In this document: positions 52,070 through 64,000 of the stretch, piece by piece | Position numbering within the stretch: the stretch's first letter is position 1 | Layout: each line of letters starts with the position of its first letter | NCBI RefSeq assembly: GCF_006345805.1 | Contig: NC_042997.1 | Location: 210,862,001-210,926,000 of the forward strand | Direction of reading: 5' to 3' | Origin: Octopus sinensis | Taxonomy: Eukaryota | DNA: 64,000 bases | The notes under the pieces: generated by a model | The model's input: only the letters and a program-made list of their open reading frames with translations | Databases searched by the model: none | What the model was told of the DNA's origin: nothing | Program-made: the position numbers and the translations under genes

Positions 52070-52321
52070 TTATTTGCTTCCGTCATGAGACTGCGGCCAT
52101 GCTGGGGCAATACCTTGAAGAATTGTAGTCGAACGAATCGAGCCCGCGACTTTTTTAAGCCTAGTATTTATTCGATTAGTCTCTCCTACAGAATCGTTGT
52201 GTTATAGGGACGTAAACACTCCAAAACCGGTTGTCAAGCAGATGGGAGAGACAAACACAAACATGAACACACACACACGCATTATATATATAATGCGTGT
52301 GTGTATATATATATATATATG

Positions 52322-52359
<38 letters not shown>

Positions 52360-52416
52360 ATAGATTGTGTGCGGTGTTGTGTATGTGTGTGTGTATATAT
52401 ATGTATATATATATAC

Positions 52417-52455
<39 letters not shown>

Positions 52456-52513
52456 TATGTATGTGTGGTGTGTATATATATGTATATATATATAATATAA
52501 TATATGTATAATA

Positions 52514-52545
<32 letters not shown>

Positions 52546-53104
52546 TGTATATATATATATTTATATATAAAAGAGAGGTTGTGTGTCTGTCTCCTACGAT
52601 TTAGATTCCTAACTACTCCCACATTTTGCGGTGCAGTTTAACCAAAACCGGGTATCTTATAGTCGTGATTCATATCGAGCCCTTCTGGGTATTAGCGCGC
52701 GTCTACGATGAGTCTACAATTAAAAAAAATTACCATCATTTTTTTCCATTTTAATGCATTTTTTCGCTATTATATAAGGGAAGTAACTCTCTAAAATGTC
52801 TACGATGAGTCAACGATTTAAAAACTTACCATCATTTTTTTCCATTTTAATGCATTTTTTTGCTATTTTTGGGCTATAACTCTCTAAAAATGCTTATATA
52901 GTTATTTCCCTTACAAGCCCGAGCAACGCCGGGCGATACTGCTAGTATATATATATATAATCAGAAATAAGCAACACTGGATATCCTTGTTGCTTATTTT
53001 TTATTGTAATCACCCCATTTTGATTTATATGGATAATACCATACCAAATTCTGGTGCCTTTAACTTAAGTACTATATTCAACTGAATCTAAATTTCACTG
53101 AACT

Positions 53105-53174
<70 letters not shown>

Positions 53175-53315
53175 GACGGGCTTCTTTTAGTTTCCGTCTA
53201 CAAATTCAATCACAAGGCTTAAGTCGGCCTGAGGTACCACGCAATGGAACTGAACCCGGGACCACGTAGTTAGGAAGCAAACTTCTTACCACACAGCCAC
53301 CAGCCACGCCTGCAT
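52070..53315 (-). mobile_element. SINE family A split at its internal microsatellite
   Basis: Tail at 52070-52260 and head at 53175-53315, separated by a Helitron and a further repeat fragment. Confidence 0.7.
52562..52945 (+). mobile_element. Non-autonomous Helitron
   Basis: 3' end CCCGAGCAACGCCGGGCGATACTGCTAG|T shared with the 38561 copy; internal ~97-bp duplication. Confidence 0.85.
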
Positions 53316-56300
53316 TGTTTAATTTTGTGTCTGACATTCAATGGTTAAATCGTAAAACTGATCAACCGCCAGTGGATACCTCACCTGGTCAGTCAATATG
53401 CGAGAAGAAAGCGGAACATCTTTCAGCTTAAGACCAAACCTGAACGAACAACGACAACAACACCATCAACAACTGTAGAGTTATAATTTGCGCTCTTAGC
53501 TTTAGGTCCTTTTTTTTCCCCCCCACTCAAAATCGACTTTTATTAAAGTACGCCATGTGTGGCAAGCCGCCACCGCCTTCTTCTTCATGTCGATGATTCT
53601 CGTTAATTTCTCCTGCTGTGATTGATGACTTTTACAGAGCCGGGTTGCCGGGTTGCCGGGTTGCCGGGTTGCCGGCCTGGCGCCCAACACTCCTGCTTTT
53701 TATTCCAGGTTTGGGACCAGCAGCGGTGCAGTCAAGCTCGCTCACGCACACTGAAATATCAAATGTCTGTGTGTCCGGATTCGGTGACGTTGTTGAGAAG
53801 ATTCATTCATTATATTAACTTTGAGGAAAAAACAATGAGAGCTGTGACTTTTTTCCTAAGTTAATTGGAGATGAAAGAAGTCTGCATCCGTTGCATTTAT
53901 CGGCAAACCGTGACGATCTCACCTGTCGAGAGATGAGATTGTAATACCTGAGGTATACAGTTCTGGGCCAGAAAGATTTGATGAAATGTCCTCGGTAGCG
54001 AGACTCTGTGAGAAATACGGATGGCACAAGTGTGTTTGGATGTAGCTGTGTCCAGAGAAACTGCGGACGCTGATGTATCGTCAACGGGGTTAGAAGAAAC
54101 CGCGAATCTGTGGGTTGGGGTCAATACTGACCTACCAAAGTCGGTTGAAAGGGTTTGGGGATTGTCTAGTCTCGGCAACTACAACAGAAGCAACACCACC
54201 AGCAGCAGCAGTATTACGTCATTAATATAGCGCCAATACTCCATTCTGCTTCTTATTTCGAACTCTGAAGAAATTAAACAACAAAGTTGAAGAGTTTCAT
54301 GCTTTTGCCAAGCGGCCGATTGTCTGAGTCGGTGGAGCATTGAATAGAATACCTCGTCGCGAAATTCGTTCCGACTCTGTGATTCAGAGTTCAAATCAGC
54401 TTTGTCTTTCAATCTTTCGGGATTGATGAAATAAAGAACCAATCGTAGGCAATAAATTGCTGGAACAATAAAAACGTCGGACTGGATGCTCTTTATGTTC
54501 CAGCTCCTTATGTTCTGAGTTCAAATCCCGCCATGTGCCACTTAAGTGACCGACTTAACTTGTCATCCAGGGTCCCTTTGGTGGAATCTACTACGTTGCA
54601 AGCATTGAAGCCAGATTTTCTTCAAACCTTCTTCCTTCCCTTGAGAACCCAGGAAAGGGTCACGCTACTTCCATCCTTCCTTCCCTCCATCCTTCCCTCC
54701 TTCCTTCCTTCCTAAAACAAAAAAAGCAAAATATTCAATAGACACAACTGAAAATCGAATCTACGTCATGTACATCGTCTCACCTTCATCTTACTACTAC
54801 TACTACTACTACTACTACACTACTACTACTACTACTACTACACTACTACTACTACTACTACTACCACTACTACTACTACTACTACTATCACCACCACTAC
54901 CACTGTAGTATTTATTTCTCGCTGTAATTATAATTCCGTCCATTGTAATTAATAAGTAACTATTTGCTAAGTTAATTCGACTTCCTCATCATTGACGTCG
55001 TCATAATCATCATCATCATCATCATCGTCATCATTAACATCATCATCAAAATCGTCATCATCGTCATCATCATCATCATCGTCATCATCATCATCATCAA
55101 CATCATCATCATCATCAACATCATCTCTGACCTAAATATTTCCATTTCTTTAATCTTCTTAATCTTCTTTTACAAAACTTTTTAATTGGATCTCTTTGGT
55201 GACTTCCTGATGTCTTATATATATATATATAGTGGCACATTTATTGTTTATGTGATGCTGCGGCACATTAACGTGAAGTGCCATACATATGGCACATTCA
55301 TATGATGTCTTATATGTGACACATCCATACCGGGGTCTTCTATATGACTTGTTTATTTACTGTCTTACAGCGGCACATCTATGTCTTTTATGATGTCATA
55401 AAACAATACATTTATATGTTTTTGTGGTGCCATATAGCGGCACACCATTTTTTTCTTTATGTTGCCATATAGAGTCGCATCTACATGATATCTTTATAGC
55501 GCCATAGAGCATCAGATCTACATAGCTTAAATGGTACCGATGGCTCCCTTGGTGGGGGGCGGTTTGCTAAGGGATGGGCATGGCGGGCATGACTGAAGGT
55601 TTTGCTTATGTCAAAAGAAGCAACTTTGCTTTCGTTGAGTTCAAGTGATGAAGGAGGCAATTGTTAGCTGCTTTTTTTAGCACATTTGAGATGCTAGCTG
55701 TGTGTAGGATTTGTCAGTAATTCCAAAGATTGGAGTAAAATCCAAGGAAGGAGAGAGAGAGAGAAAGAGAAGGTGGGGAGAGAGAGATTGACAAGTCTGC
55801 TAAGGAACTGGTCAAATTGTGAAGAATCCTGTGATTTTGAAAAGGGATGCCATCGAGAGCAGTCCCTCGATTAGGTTAGGGAGAAATATTCATCCGGTTT
55901 AGAGAAGAGAAAGGATAGCAGGAATGGCTATGAGTTCAAATTCTGCACCAATAACCGAAGGTGGGGAACTACAAAGAAAACCAGGGCGGTAGCGGGGATA
56001 TGGGGTCCCTCAGGGAGGGATGGCATATTTGATAGAAACCGGACATAGGTGAGCGGTGGTGGTGGTGGTGGTGGCGGGAGAGCTTAGCGATAGTTGCCCG
56101 AAATCATGGTTGCTGAAGTGAAGAGGTGAGTGGCGATGAGAGGGGATTTTAGATAAGCTCAGAAGTTTGAATAGTGTCAAAGAGTGAGGAGTGAGAAATT
56201 TGTGTCAGACAAGAACAGAATATGTGGAGGAGGAGGAGGAGGAGGAGGAGGAGGAGGAAGAGGGAGAGGGAGAGGAGGGAGAGGAGGAGGGGGAGGAGGA

Positions 56301-56532
56301 GGAGGAGCCAGGTTTGAAGTTGGATCGAAAAACCGAGAATGTTCGTACCAAGGATATTACCAACCTCAGAGGAACGAAAGATGAAATCGGTTGTCCTATG
56401 AATTTGAGCTCAGAATCTAAAGGGACAACAATTAAGTGCCACAAGACATTTTCTCTGGTTCCACCAATCCACTTTTCGTTCACTGATTCAATATATACGG
56501 TTTATTCTTTATTCTACTTAACAGCCATTATA

Positions 56533-56778
56533 CAGGCTGTTCAAAAAGTCTCTCCGCGGTAAGTATTTTATTGCAAAATAAATATTTCTAAGATGGTTTA
56601 AGACTACAAAAGACTATATTATGCTTTACAAGACTTTAGAAAAACTCTATAAGAGCTGTTGAAAGTGTCGTCCTTCGTTTTCAATACATAAGTTGATTGT
56701 TCTACACATGTTTTGAAATACATCTTGAAGAGTCAGGAGGAAAATAATTCACTGCGGAGAGAGTTTTTGAACACCCTG
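56533..56778 (-). mobile_element. Tc1/mariner deletion derivative (MITE)
   Basis: 25-bp TIRs CAGG(C/G)TGTTCAAAAA(G/C)TCTCTCCGC, TA TSD; retains the transposase C-terminus VFQNMCRTINLCIENEGRHFQQLL*. Confidence 0.9.
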
Positions 56779-57371
56779 TATATTCCACCCGGTCTTGCAG
56801 CACGTTATTGAGTTTTCAAGAATCTCGCTTAAAGCTCTCTTCGAATACATTTTGAAAACAACTTCAATTTGTGTCTAACCCAGAGACGTGTAGTAAGTGA
56901 TGTTTTGCAAGAGACAATAGTGACAGACATATATTGTGAAGGATGTAATGCAACACTTTTTGAATTTCTTCTGTTTGCTATTTCTTCTGTCTGTGAAATG
57001 TCAACGCTGCTTGGTCGTCGACACAAAGTGGCTATCATTAGATCCTCTCTAAACAAATAGAACGAGGTGAGCAAATAACGAAGTGATAACTATACAAATA
57101 GAAAGTAATTAGAAATGACACGCCAGTTAAAACATAATGGTGTTGTCGTCTGTAACATTTGCACCATTGTTCGTCATTGAAGGAAGGAAACTCGAAGTTG
57201 CGGATGAGTTTCAATGAGTTCTTATTTCATGGAAACGAGAAGAATCTGGCGTTTTAATATTTTCCATTAAAAACTCTCTCTCTCTCTCCCTCTTCTTTCT
57301 TTTCTCTCTATCTCTCTCTAGTTCTCTCACTTCATGACACACACAACACACACACACACATAACATATATT

Positions 57372-57429
<58 letters not shown>

Positions 57430-57721
57430 GTAATTATATATATTAACAATAATAATAATAATAATAATATTTGAGGGAATATTATTCCTAACTTACAGGG
57501 AAAAATTCAATTTAGAAATACTAAATCAAATTTCACAAAATATAATATATATATAAAAGTTAGAAAAAACCCTACCTTTTATCAATTCAAAATGAACAAT
57601 TAAATTACACCATCTAGAAAATTACATATAATAGAAATATTAAATATAAAACAACGATAATATATCGATGATTAAGTAATGTGTAAAATGATAAATAAAA
57701 CGTGTGTATATATATATATAA

Positions 57722-57756
<35 letters not shown>

Positions 57757-58429
57757 GTATGTATGTATGTATGCATGCAATGCATGCATGTATGTATGTA
57801 TGTATGTGTGTATGTATGTATGTGTGTATGTATGTATGTATGAGAAAATGACAGCCTTTTGACACCAAATTTCCTTTCCTCTCTCCATCGAAGAGCAACA
57901 TGTCCAAACTTACAGACTTCATTGTTTCGTTAACGCAGACCGACATCTTTTACCCCCGATTCTGTTCTTTTTCCTCCTTACCTCAGCATCACACATTTCG
58001 TGGTGATCGATGAGGATAATACAGTGGATCAAATCGACCACAGTACTTAACTGGTACTTTAATTTATCGACTCCTGGGAGTTTAAAAGGCGAATTTGAAC
58101 TTGGTGCGATTTGAACTTAGAAGGTAAAGAGACGTAATTAAATATTGTAAAGTAATTAATCTGTTACTGTAATTAACCTGTTACTTTACCAATCCATCGC
58201 TCTTTCATTGATGCAGTTTAATTATTTGCGACTGCGAGCTGTCACAAACGTCACCGCGCCGGAAAAAACATTTAGCAACATTTCTTCCGACTTAACGTTC
58301 TCGCTTTAAATTCTGCCAAGGTCAGTTTTGCCTTTCATCCCTTTGGGGTCGATAAATAAACTACCAGTTGAGGACTGGTGATTTGTGTCAAATTTTGAAA
58401 CTAATTACACGGTAATCATAATTTAATTA

Positions 58430-58660
58430 TGCGGCCAGCTAGCAGAATCGTTAGTACGTCGGGCGAAATGCTTAGCGGTATTTCGTCTGCCGTTACGTTG
58501 TGAGTTCAAATTCCGCCGAGGTCGACTTTGCCTTTCATCCTTTCGGGGTCGATAAATTAAGTGCCAGTTAAGCACTGGGGTCGATATAATCGACTTAATA
58601 CCTATGTCTGTCCATGTTTGTCCCCTCTATGTTCAGCCCCTTGTGGGTAATAAAGAAATA
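58430..58660 (+). mobile_element. SINE family B monomer with 19-bp TSD
   Basis: GGTAATCATAATTTAATTA at 58411-58429 and 58661-58679; degenerate copies lie just upstream at 58020-58380. Confidence 0.95.
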
Positions 58661-59135
58661 GGTAATCATAATTTAATTAATGCTTAATTACTGAAGTTTG
58701 TTAAGTTATTACAATTTCAGTTGACACACCCAAAGGTCATTGCTAGATGCCGCATCAAAGACATTGTTAAGTTGCTATATCGGGAAACGAACCCCAGTCG
58801 ACATTGCATCAAGCTTATTGCTTTAACTAACGCAGTCAATGGTGACGGGGTTTCGTTAAACTGCAGCACATGCCTCATTTATCGCTGATTCATTCAACCC
58901 TGATCCGGGATAATACGATGCACTCAATTGTGAACCATGTTACGCTTATCACGGATTTATCTATGATATTACAGCTCGGAGATCAGTTGATTATTCTGCT
59001 TGGACCGCAAAGAAAAACCGCCTAAGCGACAACCCAAGAAAGCTCAGCTGCCCAGAACGCACTGCCTATCGCTCGTATTTACGTCGCTGCGCTACGAAGC
59101 CGCGTATACCGTAGCCATCAACATCGGATCCTGAC

Positions 59136-59245
59136 AAACGATACAAACGTGTGAAATCTTTACAGGAAAAGGCAGAGATGATCGAGAAATTACGTGACTG
59201 TGGAAAGCTTGCTGCGAGATTGGTGTCAATGAACTTATCCTTTGT
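59136..59245 (+). pseudogene. Possible pogo/Tigger N-terminal HTH remnant
   Basis: KRYKRVKSLQEKAEMIEKLRDCGKLAARLVSMNLS resembles CENP-B/psq HTH starts; nothing downstream supports it. Confidence 0.3.
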
Positions 59246-59363
59246 TCCAGTCACTAATTCATTCACCAGTGTATTGCCATGCTTTTCTATAACCCAGCGC
59301 CTGGGGACAAATGAGGAAAGATGTACTAAGTTCAGCTTCTATGAAAGTAAAAACCTACAGGTG

Positions 59364-60066
59364 CAGTGGCGGCTCGTGTATGGGCACTGTGGGCCTGCAG
59401 AGTCACCTATTCCCACTCGATATTATCGATAACATTCAATATAATGAGTCCTTTTTTCTTTAATTCTTTCTTTATCCTTGTACATTATATAATCCTTAAG
59501 CTTAATGCCAGTAGCCATCCCCTAGTTTATGAAAAAAAAAACCCCAAAAATACTTCTATAGAACTGTGCGCTTCACAGTTCCAGCGACACAGTGTTTGGC
59601 TGTTGTGTGCATGCTCACATGTCCGAGATAGGAAGCTGCCCGCTAGGAAGAGAGAGCACTGTACTTCACGCACTGCCGACGCTGGTGTGCTGGTGAAAGG
59701 GAGTGTTTCCTTTTGACTCCGTGTGTGTTGTGCTTAAAAACGTGTTTATATTCTTGAATGTGATAAAGTGTAGAATTAGATTATTATCCTGCTTCCAGCT
59801 TCAGTGTTGCAGCCAGAATTTGAAAATAGGGCACATTTCCCTCCTTATTTTATGATTAATGGGTATTTTTGAAAAGAGGGGATTCGCAGCGGTGTTCAGT
59901 GAACAAATTAAACACACTCCCCGACAGTGGCTAAAACGCGAACCGATCAAGTTTATGTATAAATATTCCTTTTATATGTTTCTTTCCTTTTGCACAATAA
60001 TTAGAACAAGGGCAAAAATTTTCCGAAGCAGCACCCACCACTAATTTTATCTACGAGCCGCCACTG
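59364..60066. mobile_element. Non-autonomous hAT element
   Basis: 14-bp TIRs CAGTGGCGGCTCGT and perfect 8-bp TSD TACAGGTG (59356-59363, 60067-60074). Confidence 0.93.
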
Positions 60067-60469
60067 TACAGGTGACTCACCTTCAGTACAAAGCAGGACA
60101 GGAACTCTTTCAACTGTTTAATCTGAGATCTGTAATAAGATACAATATATTTCGCTTAGACACAACAATCTATGGTAAATTATCCCGTTTAAATTAGGTT
60201 TTAATTAACATTTCTTACTCCCCCACCTACCACTGTCTCTTTAGATACTCTTCCCTCAGCAAATCTCAGCAGTCCAATAAATGACTCATTAGGTAAAATA
60301 CCTGCTAAATTACTAATTATAAATAGCATTTTCATATTGTCATCATTTATCGATTACAACTTATACTTGCGTCAGACACATTGACCGGTAGGTCACGTGT
60401 CGTGTGTGTCATCATCGGTGTGGATATGTGAGAAAGGAAGAGTGCGTGTGTGATTGTGTGTGCGTGATC

Positions 60470-60830
60470 ATGTGTCTGTGCGTGATCATGTGTCTGTGTG
60501 TGTAATCGTGTGTCTGTGTGCGTGTGTATATGAGTGTGTGTATGTGCGTCTATGTAAACATGAGCATGTGTGTGCGTGTGTGTATGTGTGCGTGATCATG
60601 TGTCTGTGTGTGTAATCGTGTGTCTGTGTGCGTGTGTATATGAGTGTGTGTATGTGCGTCTATGTAAACATGAGCATATGTGTGCGTGTGTGTGTGTGTG
60701 TGCGTGATCATGTGTCTGTGTGTGTAATCGTGTGTCTGTGTGCGTGTGTATATGAGTGTGTGTATGTGCGTCTATGTAAACATGAGCATGTGTGTGTGTG
60801 TGTGTGTGCGTGTGCGTGTGTGTGCGTGTG
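60470..60830. repeat. ~110-bp tandem repeat (3+ units) in GT-rich DNA
   Basis: CGTGATCATG at 60481, 60591, 60703. Confidence 0.9.
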
Positions 60831-62225
60831 TGTGTAATGGCATAGTGACAGGAAGAAGAATGATAGGCATGAGCGTCTGGAAGTCCACTGAAACTTTGAG
60901 AAAGGTAACACGAATGGTTGGCTTTCCTTACACGTGACATCCGGATTAAGCGCTTTATCTAGAAGGCGAAACCAAACTGGAGTTCTCCCTCGTTCTTTGC
61001 TTTTCAAAGAATTCCTTCCCTGTCATCTGCGCTTTTTTCTTCAGTTTTCTCTCACAAAGCACTTCACAGAAGCAGGGTCACATGTCCAGAATTTTTATTT
61101 ACTCTCCATTCTCAGTAAATTAATCCATACTTCCTGTAATCTTCGTAAAAATGGTAATGAGAAATTTAGTTTAAAGAATTCTTTCTTCAGCAAGATCTTC
61201 ATCTTCATTTCACTTGTGGCGCACTGCTAACTTCTGCAGTTCTTCAATAGATAAACCCTAACCTTAACCAAATTCTAACTTCTCCAAATTCTCCCCATTG
61301 ACATTTTGTATTCACATTTCATTTGGTTAACTCAACGGTGCCATTGATGGCCTCTTGTACTACTATTGCTTCGCCAAATTCCAAGAAGTCATTTCATGCA
61401 TTTGGCCATATCTTCTTCCAAACTCTGTCCATTACTTCATTCCAATCTTCTTTATTATTTTTTCTATAACCTTTGCGAGGAAATATTTCTCAAGAAGTCA
61501 CAAACGGATTCGTCATTTTGGCCATCTGCTTTTTCACTTAGTTGCCTGAAAATATGACAAGCATATTAACCTTTGATGTTAGAAATGACAGCCTGGTTCC
61601 TGGACTGGAATAAGGAATTGGTATCTTTTGAGGAATACCGAAATTCTTCTAGTGGTCTGGAGTTTTATCAATCTCCAACAACACTCTGAGTTCAAGGTTA
61701 TGTTCTTCGCAACATCTTTTCTTCGCCCGAAGCGACGTCTGTGAGTTTGGATATGTTTGGCATTCCATGAAGAGAGGAGAAGGTATTTAATGTTTACAGT
61801 TTGTCATTTTGTCTGAAAGATGGGGATAGAGAAGAGGGTGAGAGAGAGGAGGTAAGAGAGAGGGTGAGAAAGAGGGCATGAAAGAGAGGTGGTGAAAGAG
61901 AGGTGGTGAAAGAGAGGTGGTGAAAGAGAGGGGGGTGAGGGAAAGCTTTAACTGGAAAACATTTGCTAAAGAAAAAACAAACAAAATCTTTTCTCTCTGC
62001 CAGTGAAGGAATGGTTCCGAAACACCAAATTCCTCTCCTTTATATGGAATAAGAACTTATTGAAACTCTTTAACAACTTCAAGTTTTCCTTTTCCTTCCT
62101 TCAATGACGAACAATGGTGAAAACGTTGCAGACGACAGCCATAATGTTTTAACTGCTCTGTCGTTTCTAATCACGTGACAAAAGTATGACTCAAATCACT
62201 GCGTGAAACCTTTTTTATCGTCACC

Positions 62226-62761
62226 CAGTGGTTCCCAACCATTTTTTATCTACTGACCCCTTTGATTCTGATTTTACTCTACCGAACCTCATAGCCATTC
62301 AGTGTTTTTAAAAATTATACTATGTTTGAATAATTAAATATTATTAGGAATTGTATTAAAAAATAATTAAAATATTCTTTTCTACTCTACCCGAAAGGCA
62401 AAGTCGACCTCGACGGAATTTGAACTCAGAACGTAACAGCAGACGAAATACCTATTTCTTTACTACCCACAAGGGGCTAAACACAGAAGGGACAAACAAG
62501 GACAGACAAACGGATTAAGTCGATTATATCGACCCCAGTGCGTAACTCGCACTTATTTAATCGACCCCGAAAGGATGAAAGGCAAAGTCGACCTCGGCGG
62601 AATTTAAACTCAGAATGTAAAGACAGACGAAATTTCGCAAAGCATTACTGCCAGCACACCGCCTTATTGTTAAAATATTCTGTGTTGTAGAAATATAAAC
62701 AATTTATTGCCGTTAGAGTTTACCAGCAAAATCCTAAATGGACCGCGGTTTAGAACCACTG
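62226..62761. mobile_element. hAT/Charlie-like MITE containing a SINE
   Basis: Ends CAGTGGTTCCCAACC and (reverse complement) CAGTGGTTCTAAACC; no TSD seen. Confidence 0.5.
62390..62660 (-). mobile_element. SINE family B with tail-to-head junction
   Basis: Minus strand AAGAAATAG|GTATTTCGTC at 62451/62452. Confidence 0.88.
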
Positions 62762-62899
62762 AATTAAACAGATGATCAAATTTTTATCTTCCTTTCATTG
62801 GCCAACGACTTTCTGAATGGTGAACGAAAAATGGCTTCAACATGGAGTCTCTTGAAACATTGCCGCCAGTTACGAGTTAAGTTTCAGGTCTTTCCCAGC

Positions 62900-63830
62900 C
62901 TTGAACACAGATGAAAATAAAAGCAGATGGCTTTCTTTTCTTGAATACAAGTTGGGGATGATAGTTACCAAGTTGAGCGATATTCTTAAGAACCTAGAAA
63001 ATTTCTTTAATCGTTTGGTTGTTTGTTCTTGTGGCTTCTTCCCAGGCAATACTGATGCTGTGAAGATAATCTCGTAGTTTGGATGCAAGGCACCAACCCC
63101 TGCCTGTTGAGAATGCTTCTGCTGCTGAGTGCCTGCAGAAGTTCCTTACTTTCTTCCGCTACGATAAGTTGGTTAAATGCTAAGTTGAGTTGCGTTCACC
63201 ATCCATCGACAAAATCAACACATTCTCCATATTAACTCTCAAACGTTCCTCTTTGCAGGAATTACCTTCTTTCTTGATAATTAAGAGGTGCTTATAGCAG
63301 AAAATTTTCATTTTCTCTACTGTTTTCCTGATGTTTCCTGATGTGGCTGTGTGGGAAGTTTGCTTCGCAACCACATAGTTCCGGGTTCAATCCCATTGCG
63401 TGGCACCTTGGGCAAGAGTCTTCTACTATAGCCTCAGGCCGACCGAAGCCTTGTGAATGGGAGACGGAAACTGAAAGAAGCCTGACGTATATATCTACGT
63501 GTATGTGTGTGTGTGTGTGTGTGTTTGTCCCCCACTACTGCGTGACAACAGTGTTGGTGTATTTACTTCCCAGTAACTTAGCGGTTCGGCAAAAGAGACC
63601 GATAGAATAAGTACTGTAGTCAAAAAAAAAAATATGTACTGGGACCGACTCGTTCCACTAAAACTTCTTCGAGGTCATGCCCCAGTATGGCCACAGTCTG
63701 TTCACTGAAACACGAAGAAGATAGAAGACAAAAGATTGACGGTACCGTGATTAAAGACTTACCAACATATTCCTGACACTTTTCGACTGATTCCAATCCC
63801 GTCAACAACTTCATAACCAGTAATGAGATT
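62900..63830 (-). mobile_element. Decayed RTE-like LINE 3' region, interrupted by a SINE
   Basis: LESVEKCQEYVGKSLIT and KIFCYKHLLII...RKKVRNF resemble the FxYLGS and EMxCYRRxL...RKxxxFGH motifs. Confidence 0.55.
63343..63735 (+). mobile_element. SINE family A
   Basis: Head GTGGCTGTGTGG...GGTTCAATCCC, CORE-like block, family tail. Confidence 0.9.
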
Positions 63831-63878
63831 TTCCCACAAAAACTTTAAGGAGATTCACGCTGTTTCCAGCTCAAAATT

Positions 63879-63931
<53 letters not shown>

Positions 63932-64000
63932 AATGGTTTCTTATATGTCAACATAAGATTATTAGTGTAGCTCTATGTTGGAAGGAACCCTGGAAATGGT

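Noticed and set aside
56191-56562. Acidic 123-aa protein
   Set aside because: The poly-E comes from a (GAG)n tract and the frame runs into a MITE.

Overview
Repeat-saturated, AT-rich eukaryotic DNA with no recognisable intact host gene. The microsatellite density and SINE families point to an octopus (coleoid cephalopod) genome; this is inferred, not searched. Contents: (i) three tRNA-derived SINE families in more than 25 copies; (ii) a near full-length, frameshifted Neptune-type Penelope-like element (PLE; RT plus C-terminal GIY-YIG) at about 11.0-15.6 kb, a second PLE GIY-YIG fragment at 48.7-49.4 kb, and many short PLE tails sitting at (TA)n or other simple-repeat tracts; (iii) RTE, R4/Dong-like and Tx1-like LINE remnants; (iv) a mariner, a Tc1/mariner MITE, a hAT element with a perfect 8-bp TSD, two GG...CC MITEs with 8-bp TSDs, and two non-autonomous Helitrons. 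The most notable signal is a dispersed set of about 10 minimal hammerhead ribozyme (HHR) motifs in the PLE tails, several with recurrent non-canonical cores. Two fold-back palindromes (48.45-48.65 kb, 51.43-51.70 kb) are centred just 5' of, or within, an HHR core. The first lies beside a GIY-YIG frame whose only stop is a UGA at a conserved Cys position. Some duplications at 45.7-51.2 kb may be assembly artefacts. All alignments and RNA folds were done by eye; boundaries are approximate unless a TSD or TIR fixes them.
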